From contig JAZROP010000020.1 in assembly GCA_045648785.1 (NCBI GenBank), positions 2,968-66,967 on the forward strand: a DNA stretch of 64,000 bases, in the 5' to 3' direction. Below the pieces are notes generated by a model. It was given only the letters and a program-made list of their open reading frames with translations, was not told where the DNA came from and ran no database searches. The DNA comes from Clostridia bacterium. Lineage in GTDB: Bacteria; Bacillota; Clostridia; RUG12999. Position numbers and translations under genes: made by a program. The first letter of the stretch is position 1; each line of letters opens with the position of its first letter. Of this stretch, positions 47,413 to 57,671 are shown one piece after another.

Positions 47413-47865
47413 TTATATTTCCCCCCTTATAATATCAATATCGTCTGAAATATGTTCTAGACATTTAATAAAATTTTCTTTTTCTTCAGGCGGGAGCTTT
47501 GATAAAAGAAAATCTATGCGGCAAACTGTTGCCCCATGAATTTTCATAGCAGCTTCTTTACCTTTATCAGTTGTTTCAAGGTAAATAATGCGCCTGTCTG
47601 TGTTGCATCGCTTACGCTCTATAAGCCCAAGTTCTTCAAGTCCGTCGGCAACCTGAGTAAAGGAGCCTTTTGCCAGTGCAAATTTTTCGCTGACATGGTT
47701 CATGGGTACGGGACCTTCAAAGGCGATGTACATAAGTACACCTCTTTGAGTTTTTCCCAGTTCATACTCAAGCTCAACATCAACACCGGAAAAAATAAGC
47801 TTTCTGAAAGCTTGAATTTTACGGAGCAGAACAAGAATCTGATTATCTCTCATATTACACCTCAT
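47413..47865 (-). CDS. MarR-family transcriptional regulator, first gene of the ABC exporter operon
   Basis: It has a winged-HTH region (QRGVLMYIAFEGPVPMNHVSEKFALAKGSFTQVADGLEELGLIERKR). The stop is 2 nt from the ABC gene start. Confidence 0.75.
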   Translation of the reverse strand: MRCNMRDNQILVLLRKIQAFRKLIFSGVDVELEYELGKTQRGVLMYIAFEGPVPMNHVSEKFALAKGSFTQVADGLEELGLIERKRCNTDRRIIYLETTDKGKEAAMKIHGATVCRIDFLLSKLPPEEKENFIKCLEHISDDIDIIRGEI

Positions 47866-48000
47866 ATAAAAGTTCGTTTGCTAACTATTATAAACCGAAT
47901 TATATTGCGTGTCAACAGATTTCACAAAATATTCATAAAAAAAGTGTGCGGGACATAGACTTTACAAAGTACAAGTTTACAGGGGGAAGGGATGGAGTAA

Positions 48001-49470
48001 ATGGATAATATTTATAAGGATATTGCACAAAGGACGCAAGGAGATATATACATAGGTGTAGTAGGGCCTGTAAGAACAGGAAAATCAACATTTATAAAAA
48101 GGTTTATGGATACAAAGGTGCTACCTAATATTGACAATAGCTACAAGCGTGACAGGGCAAGGGATGAACTGCCACAAAGTGCTTCTGGAAGAACAATTAT
48201 GACCACAGAGCCAAAGTTTGTTCCAAACGAGGCGGTAAACATCAAAATTAACGACGCAGATTGCAATGTGAGAATGGTGGACTGTGTTGGATATATGGTG
48301 AGAGGTGCACTGGGCTCTGAGGAGGAAGGAGCTGCCCGTATGGTACAGACCCCTTGGGGGGATGAGCCAATGCCTTTTGATGAGGCAGCAGAAATCGGGA
48401 CTGAAAAGGTTATAAATGACCATTCCACAATAGGTATTGTTGTTACAACCGATGGAAGTATAACGGAAATTCCGAGGGAAAATTATGTTGAGGCAGAGGA
48501 AAGAGTTATAGAGGAACTGAAAAAAATAAATAAACCATTTGCAGTGCTTTTAAACTCAGTTAATCCTGACGGAACACAGGCAAAACAACTGCAGAAAAGT
48601 CTGGAGGAGAAGTATCAGGTTCCTGTTATATGTGTCTCCTGTGCACAGCTTGATGAGAATGATATTGAGTCAATTTTAACTACAGTGCTTTATGAATTTC
48701 CTCTTACTGAAATAGGAATAAATCTGCCAGGTTGGCTGGATGCACTTGAATGGTCTCATCCGCTGAAAAATAACATTTTCACCTCTGTGAGAGATACACT
48801 TACTGATGTGAGAAAAATAAGTGATGCAAAAAAGAAAATATGTCAGCTTAAAGAACTTGAGTATGCTGACGATGTAAAGACACTTAAAACCGACCTTGGC
48901 AGAGGGGTAATTAATATTGAAATATCAACTCCTGAGCCACTGTTTTATGAGGTTTTAAGTAAGACAACCGGTCTTGATATAGCGGATGATGAAAAGCTTA
49001 TGAAACTGCTTATAGAACTTAAGGAAATAAAGAAAAAATATGATAAAATTGAGTATGCATTAAAGGAAGTTGATGCAAAAGGTTACGGAATTGTCTATCC
49101 GTCGATAGACGAGCTAAGACTTGAAGAGCCGGAAATTGTAAAGCAGGGAAGCAGATATGGTGTGCGCCTCCGGGCGGCAGCTCCGTCGCTGCACCTTATA
49201 AAAGCTGAAATAGAAACAGAAGTAAGTCCCATTGTTGGTACAGAAAAACAAAGTGAGGAACTTGTCCATTCACTTGTGGATGAGTTTGAAAATGAACCAC
49301 AGAAGATATGGGAGTCAAATATTTTTGGAAAATCATTGCATGAACTTGTAAATGACGGGCTTCATACTAAGCTTTCGCGTATGCCCGACGAATCCAGGTT
49401 CAAAATTCAGGAAACCTTACAGAAGATTATAAATGAGGGCAGCGGAGGACTTATCTGCATTATATTATAA
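48001..49470 (+). CDS. spoIVA: stage IV sporulation protein A (spore coat morphogenetic ATPase)
   Basis: IYIGVVGPVRTGKSTFIKRFMD is the SpoIVA Walker A N-terminus. The product is 489 aa. Confidence 0.9.
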   Translation: MDNIYKDIAQRTQGDIYIGVVGPVRTGKSTFIKRFMDTKVLPNIDNSYKRDRARDELPQSASGRTIMTTEPKFVPNEAVNIKINDADCNVRMVDCVGYMVRGALGSEEEGAARMVQTPWGDEPMPFDEAAEIGTEKVINDHSTIGIVVTTDGSITEIPRENYVEAEERVIEELKKINKPFAVLLNSVNPDGTQAKQLQKSLEEKYQVPVICVSCAQLDENDIESILTTVLYEFPLTEIGINLPGWLDALEWSHPLKNNIFTSVRDTLTDVRKISDAKKKICQLKELEYADDVKTLKTDLGRGVINIEISTPEPLFYEVLSKTTGLDIADDEKLMKLLIELKEIKKKYDKIEYALKEVDAKGYGIVYPSIDELRLEEPEIVKQGSRYGVRLRAAAPSLHLIKAEIETEVSPIVGTEKQSEELVHSLVDEFENEPQKIWESNIFGKSLHELVNDGLHTKLSRMPDESRFKIQETLQKIINEGSGGLICIIL

Positions 49471-49473
49471 ATT

Positions 49474-49509
49474 AAAAACCCGCAGAAAAACAATTTTCTG
49501 CGGGTTTTT
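49474..49509. terminator. bidirectional intrinsic terminator (spoIVA / pur operon end)
   Basis: aaaaacccgcagaaaa-caa-ttttctgcgggttttt. Confidence 0.75.
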
Positions 49510-49512
49510 AAT

Positions 49513-52500
49513 TTATTTATAATATTTTACTGCCGAGGTGAAGATATTCATTTCATATTCGCCCTCAACATTCTTGTAAAGACCTGAGCCAATACGCTCT
49601 GAATGTCCCATTTTACCAAATACTCTGCCGTCGGGTGAAGTGATGCCTTCGATAGCATAGTCTGAGCCGTTGGGGTTAAAGCGAATATCGGATGTGGGGT
49701 TGCCGTCAAGGTCAACATACTGAGTAGCAACCTGACCATTTTCCGCTAACTTCTTAATGAGTTCTTCCGAAGCAATAAATCTGCCCTCCCCGTGAGAAAT
49801 GGGCACAGTGTAGATTTCGCCAGGCTGAGTCATAGAAAGCCAGGGAGATTTGTTTGATACAACTTTTGTGCGAACAAGTCTTGATTGGTGTCGCCCAATT
49901 ACATTATATGTAAGAGTCGGACAGTTTTCGTCAGTGTCAATGATTTCGCCAAAAGGAACAAGACCAAGCTTTATAAGTGCCTGGAAACCATTACAGATTC
50001 CACACATTAAACCGTCACGGTTTTTGAGAAGGTTGTGAACTTCTTCTTTAACGATAGCGTTGCGGAAGAAAGCTGTGATAAATTTGCCCGAACCATCAGG
50101 CTCGTCACCACCCGAGAAACCTCCCGGAATGAATATCATTTGTGCCTGCTTAACTCTTTCAGCAAAGTATTTTACAGAATTGTCAATACCTGCTGCAGAA
50201 AGGTTGTTGATAACAATAATTTCAGCTTCACCGCCAGCTCTTTCAACTGCCTTTGCCGAATCGTATTCGCAGTTTGTACCCGGGAATACAGGGATAAGTA
50301 CTTTAGGTGTAGCCACTTTTATGGTTGAAACTTGTTTTCCATACGCAGGCTTTGTTAGGTCAGGGATATTTTCCTTGCCGCCCGCTACATTATTGCAGGT
50401 GAAGACTGGTTCAAGCTTGTCTTCATAAATTTTGAGAAGTTCAGCAAGACAGAGGTTTTCTCCGCCCAGGCTAATAGCCGCTTTTTCGGTTGTTTTACCG
50501 AGCAGTGTGCCAACATTTGCATCGCCTGAAAGTTCAAGGATGAACGCGCCGTAGTTATAACCGAAGATTTCTTCTTTTGTAACATCAGCAAATTCAAAAC
50601 CGATGTTGTTACCGAATGCCATCTTCATTACAGCTTCAGCTACGCCGCCAATTCCGGGGGTGTAAGCCGATTTAACCTTGCCTTCGCGAACAAGTTTTGC
50701 AACTGTGTCATAAAGTGCCATTTCCGAATCTGCCACTGGCAGACCGTTTTTGTCATATTCGGGTTTAAGTAAAACTACATTATTTCCTGCCGACTTAAAT
50801 TCTGGGGAGATAATGTTCTTTGTTTTATCTGTTGTAACTGCAAAGGAAACGAGTGTGGGGGGAACATCAATGTTCTCAAAAGAGCCACTCATGGAGTCTT
50901 TGCCGCCGATTGCTGCGATAGAGTAATCCATTTGTGCACAAAAAGCACCAAGGAGAGCTGAAAGCGGTTTACCCCAGCGTTTGCCGTCTTTAAGCGGTTT
51001 TTCAAAATATTCCTGGAAAGTCAGGTAAACATCATTAAAATCCGCACCGGTTGCAATCAGCTTGGAAACAGATTCAACAACTGCAAGATATGCACTGTGA
51101 TAAGGGCTTTTTTCAGCAATAAACGGGTTATAACCCCAAGCCATAAGTGAACAGGTATCTGTGTCACCTTTTTCAAGGGAAACCTTGTTAACCATTGCCT
51201 GAGAGGGGGTAAGCTGATATTTACCACCGAAAGGCATGAGCACAGAGCCTGCTCCGATTGTGGAGTCAAAACGCTCGGAAAGTCCGCGTTTTGAACAGAT
51301 GTTAAGGTCGGATGCAAGTGCTTTCATTCCGTCTGTGAATGAATCAGGGATTTCCTTTGCAAATGACTCAGGAACAGCAGGAGCAATGTCAATATGCTTT
51401 TCAGCACCATTGGAATTTAAAAATTCTCTTGAAATGTTACAGATAGCCTTGCCGTTCCAGTTCATAACAAGACGAGGCTCTGCAGTAACTTTTGCAACGA
51501 TTGTTGCTTCAAGGTTTTCACTGTTTGCAAGCTCTATAAATCTTTCGGCATCCTCGGGAGCAACGGCAACAGCCATTCTTTCCTGAGATTCACTTATAGC
51601 AAGTTCTGTGCCGTCAAGACCGTCATATTTTTTGGGAACTGCATTAAGGTTTATTTCAAGACCGTCAGCAAGCTCGCCGATAGCAACGGACACACCGCCG
51701 GCACCGAAGTCGTTACAGCGTTTTATAAGCTGAGAAGCTTCTTTGTTGCGGAAAAGTCTCTGGAGCTTTCTTTCTTCGGGAGCATTACCTTTTTGAACTT
51801 CTGCACCGCAGGACTCAAGAGATTCGAGTGTGTGGGATTTTGAAGAACCTGTTGCACCGCCGCAGCCGTCACGGCCTGTTCTGCCGCCAAGGAGAATAAT
51901 AACATCTCCGGGAGCAGGTCTTTCTCTGCGAACATTTTCTTGAGGAGCTGCACCTACAACCGCACCAATTTCCATTCTCTTTGCAACATATCCGTCGTGG
52001 TAAATTTCATCTACCTGACCGGTTGCAAGACCAATCTGGTTACCATAAGAACTGTAGCCTGCCGCCGCAGTTGTAACAATTTTTCTCTGGGGAAGTTTAC
52101 CGGGGATTGTTTCTTCAAGCGGCTTTAAGGGGTCTGCCGCGCCCGTTACACGCATAGCACCATATACATAGCTTCTGCCTGAAAGCGGGTCACGGATTGC
52201 ACCGCCGATACAAGTAGCCGCACCACCAAAAGGCTCAATTTCTGTGGGGTGGTTATGAGTTTCGTTTTTGAAAAGCAGCAGCCAATCCTGATCATCGCCA
52301 TCTACATTGACGGTCATTTTAACTGTGCAGGCATTGATTTCTTCAGATTCGTCAAGCTTATCAAGCTTGCCTGTTTTTTTCAGATATTTTGCGGCAATTG
52401 TACCAATATCCATAAGATTTATGGGTTTTGTTCTGCCAATATCCTGACGGGTTTTAATATATCTGTCATATGCGTTTTGAAGAAGCTTATCTTCAAATTT

Positions 52501-53205
52501 AACGCTGTCGATGGTTGTTAAAAATGTTGTGTGACGGCAATGATCCGACCAGTATGTATCAATCATACGAATTTCAGTGATTGTGGGATTACGGTTTTCA
52601 GAAATAAAATACTGCTGGCAGAATTTTATATCGTCAAGATCCATTGCAAGTCCTAAAGTTTTAACAAAATCTGCAAGCTCCTTTTCGTCAAGAGAGGTAA
52701 AGCCGTCAAGTGTTTCAACTGATTCGGGAATTTCATAGCTTGCTTTAAGTGTTGAGAAAGTTTCGAGGGTTGCTTCTCTGCTTTCCACAGGGTTAATAAC
52801 ATATTTTTTTATAGCATCAACATCTTTGGAGGAGAGATTTCCGCTTAAAACAAAAACCTTTGCGGTGCGAACAGTAGGTCTGTCACCACAGGAAATAATC
52901 TGAATACACTGCGAAGCAGAGTCTGCTCTCTGGTCAAACTGACCGGGGAGATATTCTGTTGCAAACACCACTGCTCCGTCCACACTGGGCATTTCTGTTG
53001 AAATAATGTCAAGCTGAGGCTCAGAGAAAACAGCTGTGCAAGCATAATCAAACAAATCTTTTTCAATGTTTTCAACATCATATCTGTTAATTATGCGCAA
53101 GTCGGTCAGTTCTTTTATTCCAAGCAGGGACACAATATCATTTTTTAAAGCTCTTGCTTCGTGAGCAAGCTCTTTTTTCTTTTCTACATAAATTCTATAT
53201 ACCAT
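49513..53205 (-). CDS. purL: phosphoribosylformylglycinamidine synthase, large single-chain form (PurL with fused PurS-like and glutaminase domains)
   Basis: The likely start is MVYRIYVEKKKELA (a PurS-like N-terminus) at 53205. The product is about 1230 aa, with the FGAM synthetase core and a C-terminal class-I GATase (GICNGFQAL, SHGEGR). Confidence 0.9.
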   Translation of the reverse strand: MVYRIYVEKKKELAHEARALKNDIVSLLGIKELTDLRIINRYDVENIEKDLFDYACTAVFSEPQLDIISTEMPSVDGAVVFATEYLPGQFDQRADSASQCIQIISCGDRPTVRTAKVFVLSGNLSSKDVDAIKKYVINPVESREATLETFSTLKASYEIPESVETLDGFTSLDEKELADFVKTLGLAMDLDDIKFCQQYFISENRNPTITEIRMIDTYWSDHCRHTTFLTTIDSVKFEDKLLQNAYDRYIKTRQDIGRTKPINLMDIGTIAAKYLKKTGKLDKLDESEEINACTVKMTVNVDGDDQDWLLLFKNETHNHPTEIEPFGGAATCIGGAIRDPLSGRSYVYGAMRVTGAADPLKPLEETIPGKLPQRKIVTTAAAGYSSYGNQIGLATGQVDEIYHDGYVAKRMEIGAVVGAAPQENVRRERPAPGDVIILLGGRTGRDGCGGATGSSKSHTLESLESCGAEVQKGNAPEERKLQRLFRNKEASQLIKRCNDFGAGGVSVAIGELADGLEINLNAVPKKYDGLDGTELAISESQERMAVAVAPEDAERFIELANSENLEATIVAKVTAEPRLVMNWNGKAICNISREFLNSNGAEKHIDIAPAVPESFAKEIPDSFTDGMKALASDLNICSKRGLSERFDSTIGAGSVLMPFGGKYQLTPSQAMVNKVSLEKGDTDTCSLMAWGYNPFIAEKSPYHSAYLAVVESVSKLIATGADFNDVYLTFQEYFEKPLKDGKRWGKPLSALLGAFCAQMDYSIAAIGGKDSMSGSFENIDVPPTLVSFAVTTDKTKNIISPEFKSAGNNVVLLKPEYDKNGLPVADSEMALYDTVAKLVREGKVKSAYTPGIGGVAEAVMKMAFGNNIGFEFADVTKEEIFGYNYGAFILELSGDANVGTLLGKTTEKAAISLGGENLCLAELLKIYEDKLEPVFTCNNVAGGKENIPDLTKPAYGKQVSTIKVATPKVLIPVFPGTNCEYDSAKAVERAGGEAEIIVINNLSAAGIDNSVKYFAERVKQAQMIFIPGGFSGGDEPDGSGKFITAFFRNAIVKEEVHNLLKNRDGLMCGICNGFQALIKLGLVPFGEIIDTDENCPTLTYNVIGRHQSRLVRTKVVSNKSPWLSMTQPGEIYTVPISHGEGRFIASEELIKKLAENGQVATQYVDLDGNPTSDIRFNPNGSDYAIEGITSPDGRVFGKMGHSERIGSGLYKNVEGEYEMNIFTSAVKYYK

Positions 53206-53209
53206 AATC

Positions 53210-54475
53210 TTATCCTTTCGCCTTAAGCGCTTTTTGACCAATGTCTTTCCGATAGAATGCATTTTCAAAGGAAACTTTTTTTACTTCGTCATAAGCCTTT
53301 TCTATAGCTTTTTCAAGGCTTTCGGCAGTAGCTGTTACACCTAAAACTCTGCCGCCGCCCGAAAGTAGCTTTTCGCCATCAAGCTTTGCGCCTGCAACAT
53401 AAATTTCCGCCTCTGTTTCGGTGGGGAGAGTAATTTCGTAGCCTGTTTCGTACTTTCCGGGATAGCCGTTTGATGCCATGATGACACAACAAGCAGCACC
53501 GGATGAAAACTCAACCTTTGTATCTGCAAGGGTTTCGTTTTCAACTGCTTTCATAACCTCAAACAGGTCGGACTTTAAGAGTGGGAGAACAACCTGAGTT
53601 TCAGGGTCACCAAAACGACAGTTGTATTCAATAACCTTAGGACCGTTTGGGGTGAGCATAAGTCCGAAGTAGAGGCAGCCTTTAAAGGTTCTGCCCTCGG
53701 CGTTCATTGCGTTGATTGTAGGAAGAAAAATCTTTTCCATACATTCATTTGCAATAGCGTCGGTGTAATAGGGGTTGGGAGCAACCGTTCCCATGCCACC
53801 AGTGTTGAGTCCTTCGTCATTATCAAGTGCGCGTTTGTGGTCCATTGAGGAAATCATAGGAACAACAGTTTTACCGTCAGTAAACGATAAAACAGAAACC
53901 TCGGGACCTGTCAAAAATTCTTCTATAACGATTCTCGAACCGCTTTCACCAAAAACCTTGTCCTCCATCATGGATATAACCGCTGATTTGGCATCTTCTC
54001 TTGTTTCGGCAATGATAACGCCTTTGCCCAGCGCAAGTCCATCAGCTTTGATGACTGTGGGGATGGGTGCTGTTTCTAGATAAGAAAGAGCTTCGTTTTT
54101 ATCAGTAAAAATCTGATACTCTGCGGTAGGAATACCATATTTTTTCATAAGATTTTTTGAAAAAACCTTACTGCCTTCAATCTCAGCTGCCGCTTTTGAT
54201 GGACCAAAACAGGGGATACCTATTTCGCGTAGCCTGTCTGTTGCACCAAGAACAAGCGGGTCATCGGGAGCAACAACCGCAAATTTAATATCATTGTTTT
54301 TCGCAAAATCTACAATTCCGTCAATATCTTTTGCACCGATGCCGGTACAAATGGCGTCGGCGGCTATACCGCCGTTGCCAGGAAGAGCGTAAATTTCTGT
54401 AATTTCAGAACTTTTTTTAAGTGATTTTATAATAGCATGCTCGCGACCGCCGCCGCCCACAACCATTATTTTCAT
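53210..54475 (-). CDS. purD: phosphoribosylamine-glycine ligase
   Basis: The internal start MKIMVVGGGGREHAI follows a GGAGGAAT RBS. The ATP-grasp fold is present. Confidence 0.9.
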   Translation of the reverse strand: MKIMVVGGGGREHAIIKSLKKSSEITEIYALPGNGGIAADAICTGIGAKDIDGIVDFAKNNDIKFAVVAPDDPLVLGATDRLREIGIPCFGPSKAAAEIEGSKVFSKNLMKKYGIPTAEYQIFTDKNEALSYLETAPIPTVIKADGLALGKGVIIAETREDAKSAVISMMEDKVFGESGSRIVIEEFLTGPEVSVLSFTDGKTVVPMISSMDHKRALDNDEGLNTGGMGTVAPNPYYTDAIANECMEKIFLPTINAMNAEGRTFKGCLYFGLMLTPNGPKVIEYNCRFGDPETQVVLPLLKSDLFEVMKAVENETLADTKVEFSSGAACCVIMASNGYPGKYETGYEITLPTETEAEIYVAGAKLDGEKLLSGGGRVLGVTATAESLEKAIEKAYDEVKKVSFENAFYRKDIGQKALKAKG

Positions 54476-54491
54476 AGGTAATTCCTCCTGA

Positions 54492-55733
54492 TTATTCGTA
54501 GATGGGGAACTTTTCGCAAAGCTCAATTACTTCTTTTGTAACCTGGTCTTTTGTAGCTTCAAAATCGGAAGCAACCAGCTTAATCCAATGAGCAATTTTC
54601 TTCATTTCTTCTTCCTTGAAACCACGGGAAGTAACCGCAGGAGTACCTATACGGACACCACTTGTTACGAATGGGCTTTCGGGGTCATTGGGAATTGTAT
54701 TTTTGTTTGCTGTAATATGAACTTCATCAAGACGATGTTCCATTTCTTTGCCTGTGATGCCAAAAGGACGAAGGTCAAGAAGCATCAGATGATTGTCTGT
54801 GCCACCGGATACAATATCGAATCCTTCTCTAATAAATTCCTCGGATAAAACTTTAGCATTTTTAATAATCTGTTTCTGATATTCTTTGAATTCGTCAGTT
54901 AATGCTTCGCCGAAAGCAACTGCTTTAGCGGCAATAATATGCATAAGAGGTCCGCCTTGAATTCCGGGGAATATAGCTTTGTCAATCTGTTTTGCATATT
55001 CTTCTTTACAAAGGATAAGACCACCTCTGGGACCGCGCAGAGTTTTATGAGTTGTTGTTGTTACAACATCTGCATAGGGAACAGGAGATGGATGGAGTCC
55101 TGCGGCAACAAGACCGGCAATGTGAGCAATGTCAACCATCATGATTGCGCCAACTTCGTCACAGATTTCACGAATTTTTGCAAAGTCAATAGTTCTTGCA
55201 TAAGCACTTGCGCCCGAGACAATCATTTTGGGTTTACATTCAAGTGCGATTTCACGCATTTTATCATAGTCAATTCTGCCTGTTTCATCATCAACGCCGT
55301 AAGGAACGATGTTGAAATATTTACCTGAAATATTGACAGGGCTGCCGTGAGAAAGGTGACCACCGTGAGCGAGATTCATACCCATAACGGTATCGCCCGG
55401 CTGAAGGAAAGCAAAGAATACTGCAAGGTTAGCATTAGCACCGCTGTGAGGCTGAACATTCGCATGTTCAGCACCGAACAGCTTTTTAGCTCTTTCTCTT
55501 GCAATTTCTTCAACTTCATCAACATGGATACAACCGCCGTAATAGCGTTTGCCCGGATAGCCTTCTGCATATTTGTTTGTCAGAACACCGCCGGCAGCAA
55601 GAAGTACTGCTTCTGATACAATGTTTTCGGAAGCTATAAGTTCAATGTTATGTTTCTGACGGGAAAGTTCTCTGTCGCAAGCAGCAAAAACTTCACTGTC
55701 ATAATTTTTAAGCTGGTCAAAAAATTTACTCAT
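54492..55733 (-). CDS. glyA: serine hydroxymethyltransferase
   Basis: It has LIASENIVS and [14 protein letters not shown], the PLP-lysine region. The product is 413 aa. Confidence 0.9.
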   Translation of the reverse strand: MSKFFDQLKNYDSEVFAACDRELSRQKHNIELIASENIVSEAVLLAAGGVLTNKYAEGYPGKRYYGGCIHVDEVEEIARERAKKLFGAEHANVQPHSGANANLAVFFAFLQPGDTVMGMNLAHGGHLSHGSPVNISGKYFNIVPYGVDDETGRIDYDKMREIALECKPKMIVSGASAYARTIDFAKIREICDEVGAIMMVDIAHIAGLVAAGLHPSPVPYADVVTTTTHKTLRGPRGGLILCKEEYAKQIDKAIFPGIQGGPLMHIIAAKAVAFGEALTDEFKEYQKQIIKNAKVLSEEFIREGFDIVSGGTDNHLMLLDLRPFGITGKEMEHRLDEVHITANKNTIPNDPESPFVTSGVRIGTPAVTSRGFKEEEMKKIAHWIKLVASDFEATKDQVTKEVIELCEKFPIYE

Positions 55734-55752
55734 TTTCTAATCTCCTTATATA

Positions 55753-56940
55753 TTAATGATGAAACAATCTCATGTGTGTGAATGCCATTGATATGCCAAG
55801 CTTGTTGCAAGCGTCAATTACAAGCTGGTCACGAATGGAGCCACCCGGCTGTGCGATGTATGTTACGCCACTTTTTGCAGCTCGTTCAATATTATCACTG
55901 AATGGGAAGAAAGCATCTGAACCTAATGCAACATCCTTAATGCTATTAAGGTAAGCATCCTTTTCTTCTTTAGTGAAAGGCTCAGGCTGAACCTTAAAGA
56001 ACTGCTGCCAGTTGCCGTCTGCCAGTACATGGTCCGCATCAAAATCGGAAATGTAAAGGTCAATACAGTTATCTCTGTCAGGTCTGCCAATTTCATCAAG
56101 GAAAGGTAGATTTAAAACTTTGTCGTGCTGACGGAGATGCCAGTTATCAGCTTTCTGTCCGGCAAGTCTTGTACAGTGAATTCGTGACTGCTGACCTGCA
56201 CCTACGCCGATTGCCTGACCGTCTGCAGCAAAGCATACAGAGTTAGACTGAGTATATTTAAGTGTGATAAGTGCAACTATAAGGTTTCTGATTGCACTTT
56301 CGGGGAGTTCTTTATTTTCTGTAACAATTTCTGTAAGCAGTTCGCGGTTTATTTCAAAATCGTTTCTGCCCTGTTCAAATGTGATTCCGAAAACCTGTTT
56401 GCGTTCAATGGGATCAGGAATATAATTTTCGTCTATTTTTACAATGTTGTATGTGCCTTTTCTTTTGCTTTTTAAAATTTCAAGAGCCTCATCTGTATAT
56501 CCGGGAGCGATAACACCATCGGAAACCTCTCTTGCAATAAGAGAAGCGGTTACCTTGTCACACTCGTCAGATAAAGCAATCCAGTCACCGAAAGAACTCA
56601 TTCTGTCAGTACCCCTTGCACGGGCATAGGCCAGAGCGAGAGGAGAAGAATCAAGGTCTGCAATATCATCAACAAAGCAGGCTTTCTTGAGTTTATCGCT
56701 CATTGGCAGGCCGAGTGCCGCGGAAGTAGGACTTACATGTTTAAATGATGTAGCACATGGAATACCGAGCGCTGCTTTTAAATCACGAACGAGTAGCCAG
56801 CTGTTAAATGCATCAAGAAAGTTGATGTATCCGGGTTTGCCATTTAAGATTTCAACCGGCAGGTCGCTTCCGTCGTGCATATAAATTCTTGAGGGTTTCT
56901 GATTGGGATTACAACCGTATTTAAGTTCAAAAGAGTTCAT
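55753..56940 (-). CDS. purH: AICAR transformylase-only PurH (no MGS-like IMP cyclohydrolase domain)
   Basis: The product is 395 aa and corresponds only to the AICARFT domain of bifunctional PurH (FKHVSPTSAALG, DAFFPFSD, IAQPGGSIRD). The N-terminal ~200-aa IMPCH/MGS domain is absent. Confidence 0.8.
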   Translation of the reverse strand: MNSFELKYGCNPNQKPSRIYMHDGSDLPVEILNGKPGYINFLDAFNSWLLVRDLKAALGIPCATSFKHVSPTSAALGLPMSDKLKKACFVDDIADLDSSPLALAYARARGTDRMSSFGDWIALSDECDKVTASLIAREVSDGVIAPGYTDEALEILKSKRKGTYNIVKIDENYIPDPIERKQVFGITFEQGRNDFEINRELLTEIVTENKELPESAIRNLIVALITLKYTQSNSVCFAADGQAIGVGAGQQSRIHCTRLAGQKADNWHLRQHDKVLNLPFLDEIGRPDRDNCIDLYISDFDADHVLADGNWQQFFKVQPEPFTKEEKDAYLNSIKDVALGSDAFFPFSDNIERAAKSGVTYIAQPGGSIRDQLVIDACNKLGISMAFTHMRLFHH

Positions 56941-57671
56941 TATCGAAGTCCTCCTTCATGTTTATTTACTATTCTTGTGTCAATTTTACCTGTTTTAAGG
57001 TTTGTGAAACGGACAAACATAGAAATTTTATTGTTTTCATCAAGAGCTTCCCAAACTTTTTTTGTAAGCTCATCAATATCGTTTGGAAGAGAAATTCTCT
57101 CGGGTTCGCCTGTGAAGGTGGGAAGAGGATTTCCATCACAGTTATAAGTATGAATAAAATGACCTACTCCTGCGATTGCTGGATAAGTAAAGGTGTATCT
57201 GCTGCAAGCTGTGCCCTCAGCGTCTGCACTTTTTAAAATATTCATTTTATAAGTAAAATCATTATTTACAAACTCAAGCATACCGCTGATTCTGGGTGTG
57301 AAGTTGGGCGCATCAGGCTCAAATTCGCGAGTATCAAGTGCCGCCTCAAAGCTTTCACCTTTAGCAAGATGGTCATAAACTGTATCAGTTTGGTCGCCGT
57401 TTGTTACGATTAGTTTGTTTTCAAATTTTCTCACAGGAGAATAAATGATAAGCGAAGGGTCAGAAACCTTGCTTTCATCAAAAGGATAAATGGTGATATC
57501 TTCACCGTTTACTTTAAAAACTCTGTTCCTTGAGTTTTCGCTTCTGCCCATGATAAAGTAGATAGCAACTGCATTTTCACCGTCGGCAGTTTTGCCAATT
57601 GCAATACCTCTGCCTGGATATGTATTGTCTTTTAACAAGTCTAAAAGACAATATGTCTGATATACATTCAT
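56940..57671 (-). CDS. purO: PurO-type (archaeal-like, PF07826) IMP cyclohydrolase
   Basis: From the internal Met (MNVYQTY...), the motifs YPGRGIAIGKT...IVTNGDQTD parallel PurO YLGRILAVGRN...VVSNGSHTD. The ATG overlaps the purN stop in an ATGA arrangement, and the stop overlaps the purH ATG. Confidence 0.7.
   Translation of the reverse strand: MNVYQTYCLLDLLKDNTYPGRGIAIGKTADGENAVAIYFIMGRSENSRNRVFKVNGEDITIYPFDESKVSDPSLIIYSPVRKFENKLIVTNGDQTDTVYDHLAKGESFEAALDTREFEPDAPNFTPRISGMLEFVNNDFTYKMNILKSADAEGTACSRYTFTYPAIAGVGHFIHTYNCDGNPLPTFTGEPERISLPNDIDELTKKVWEALDENNKISMFVRFTNLKTGKIDTRIVNKHEGGLR

Noticed and set aside
47866-48000. Sigma-E-type promoter for spoIVA
   Set aside because: An ATATT...CATAGACT arrangement is present, but the spacing is about 20 nt rather than 13-14 nt. 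It is too weak to call from sequence alone.
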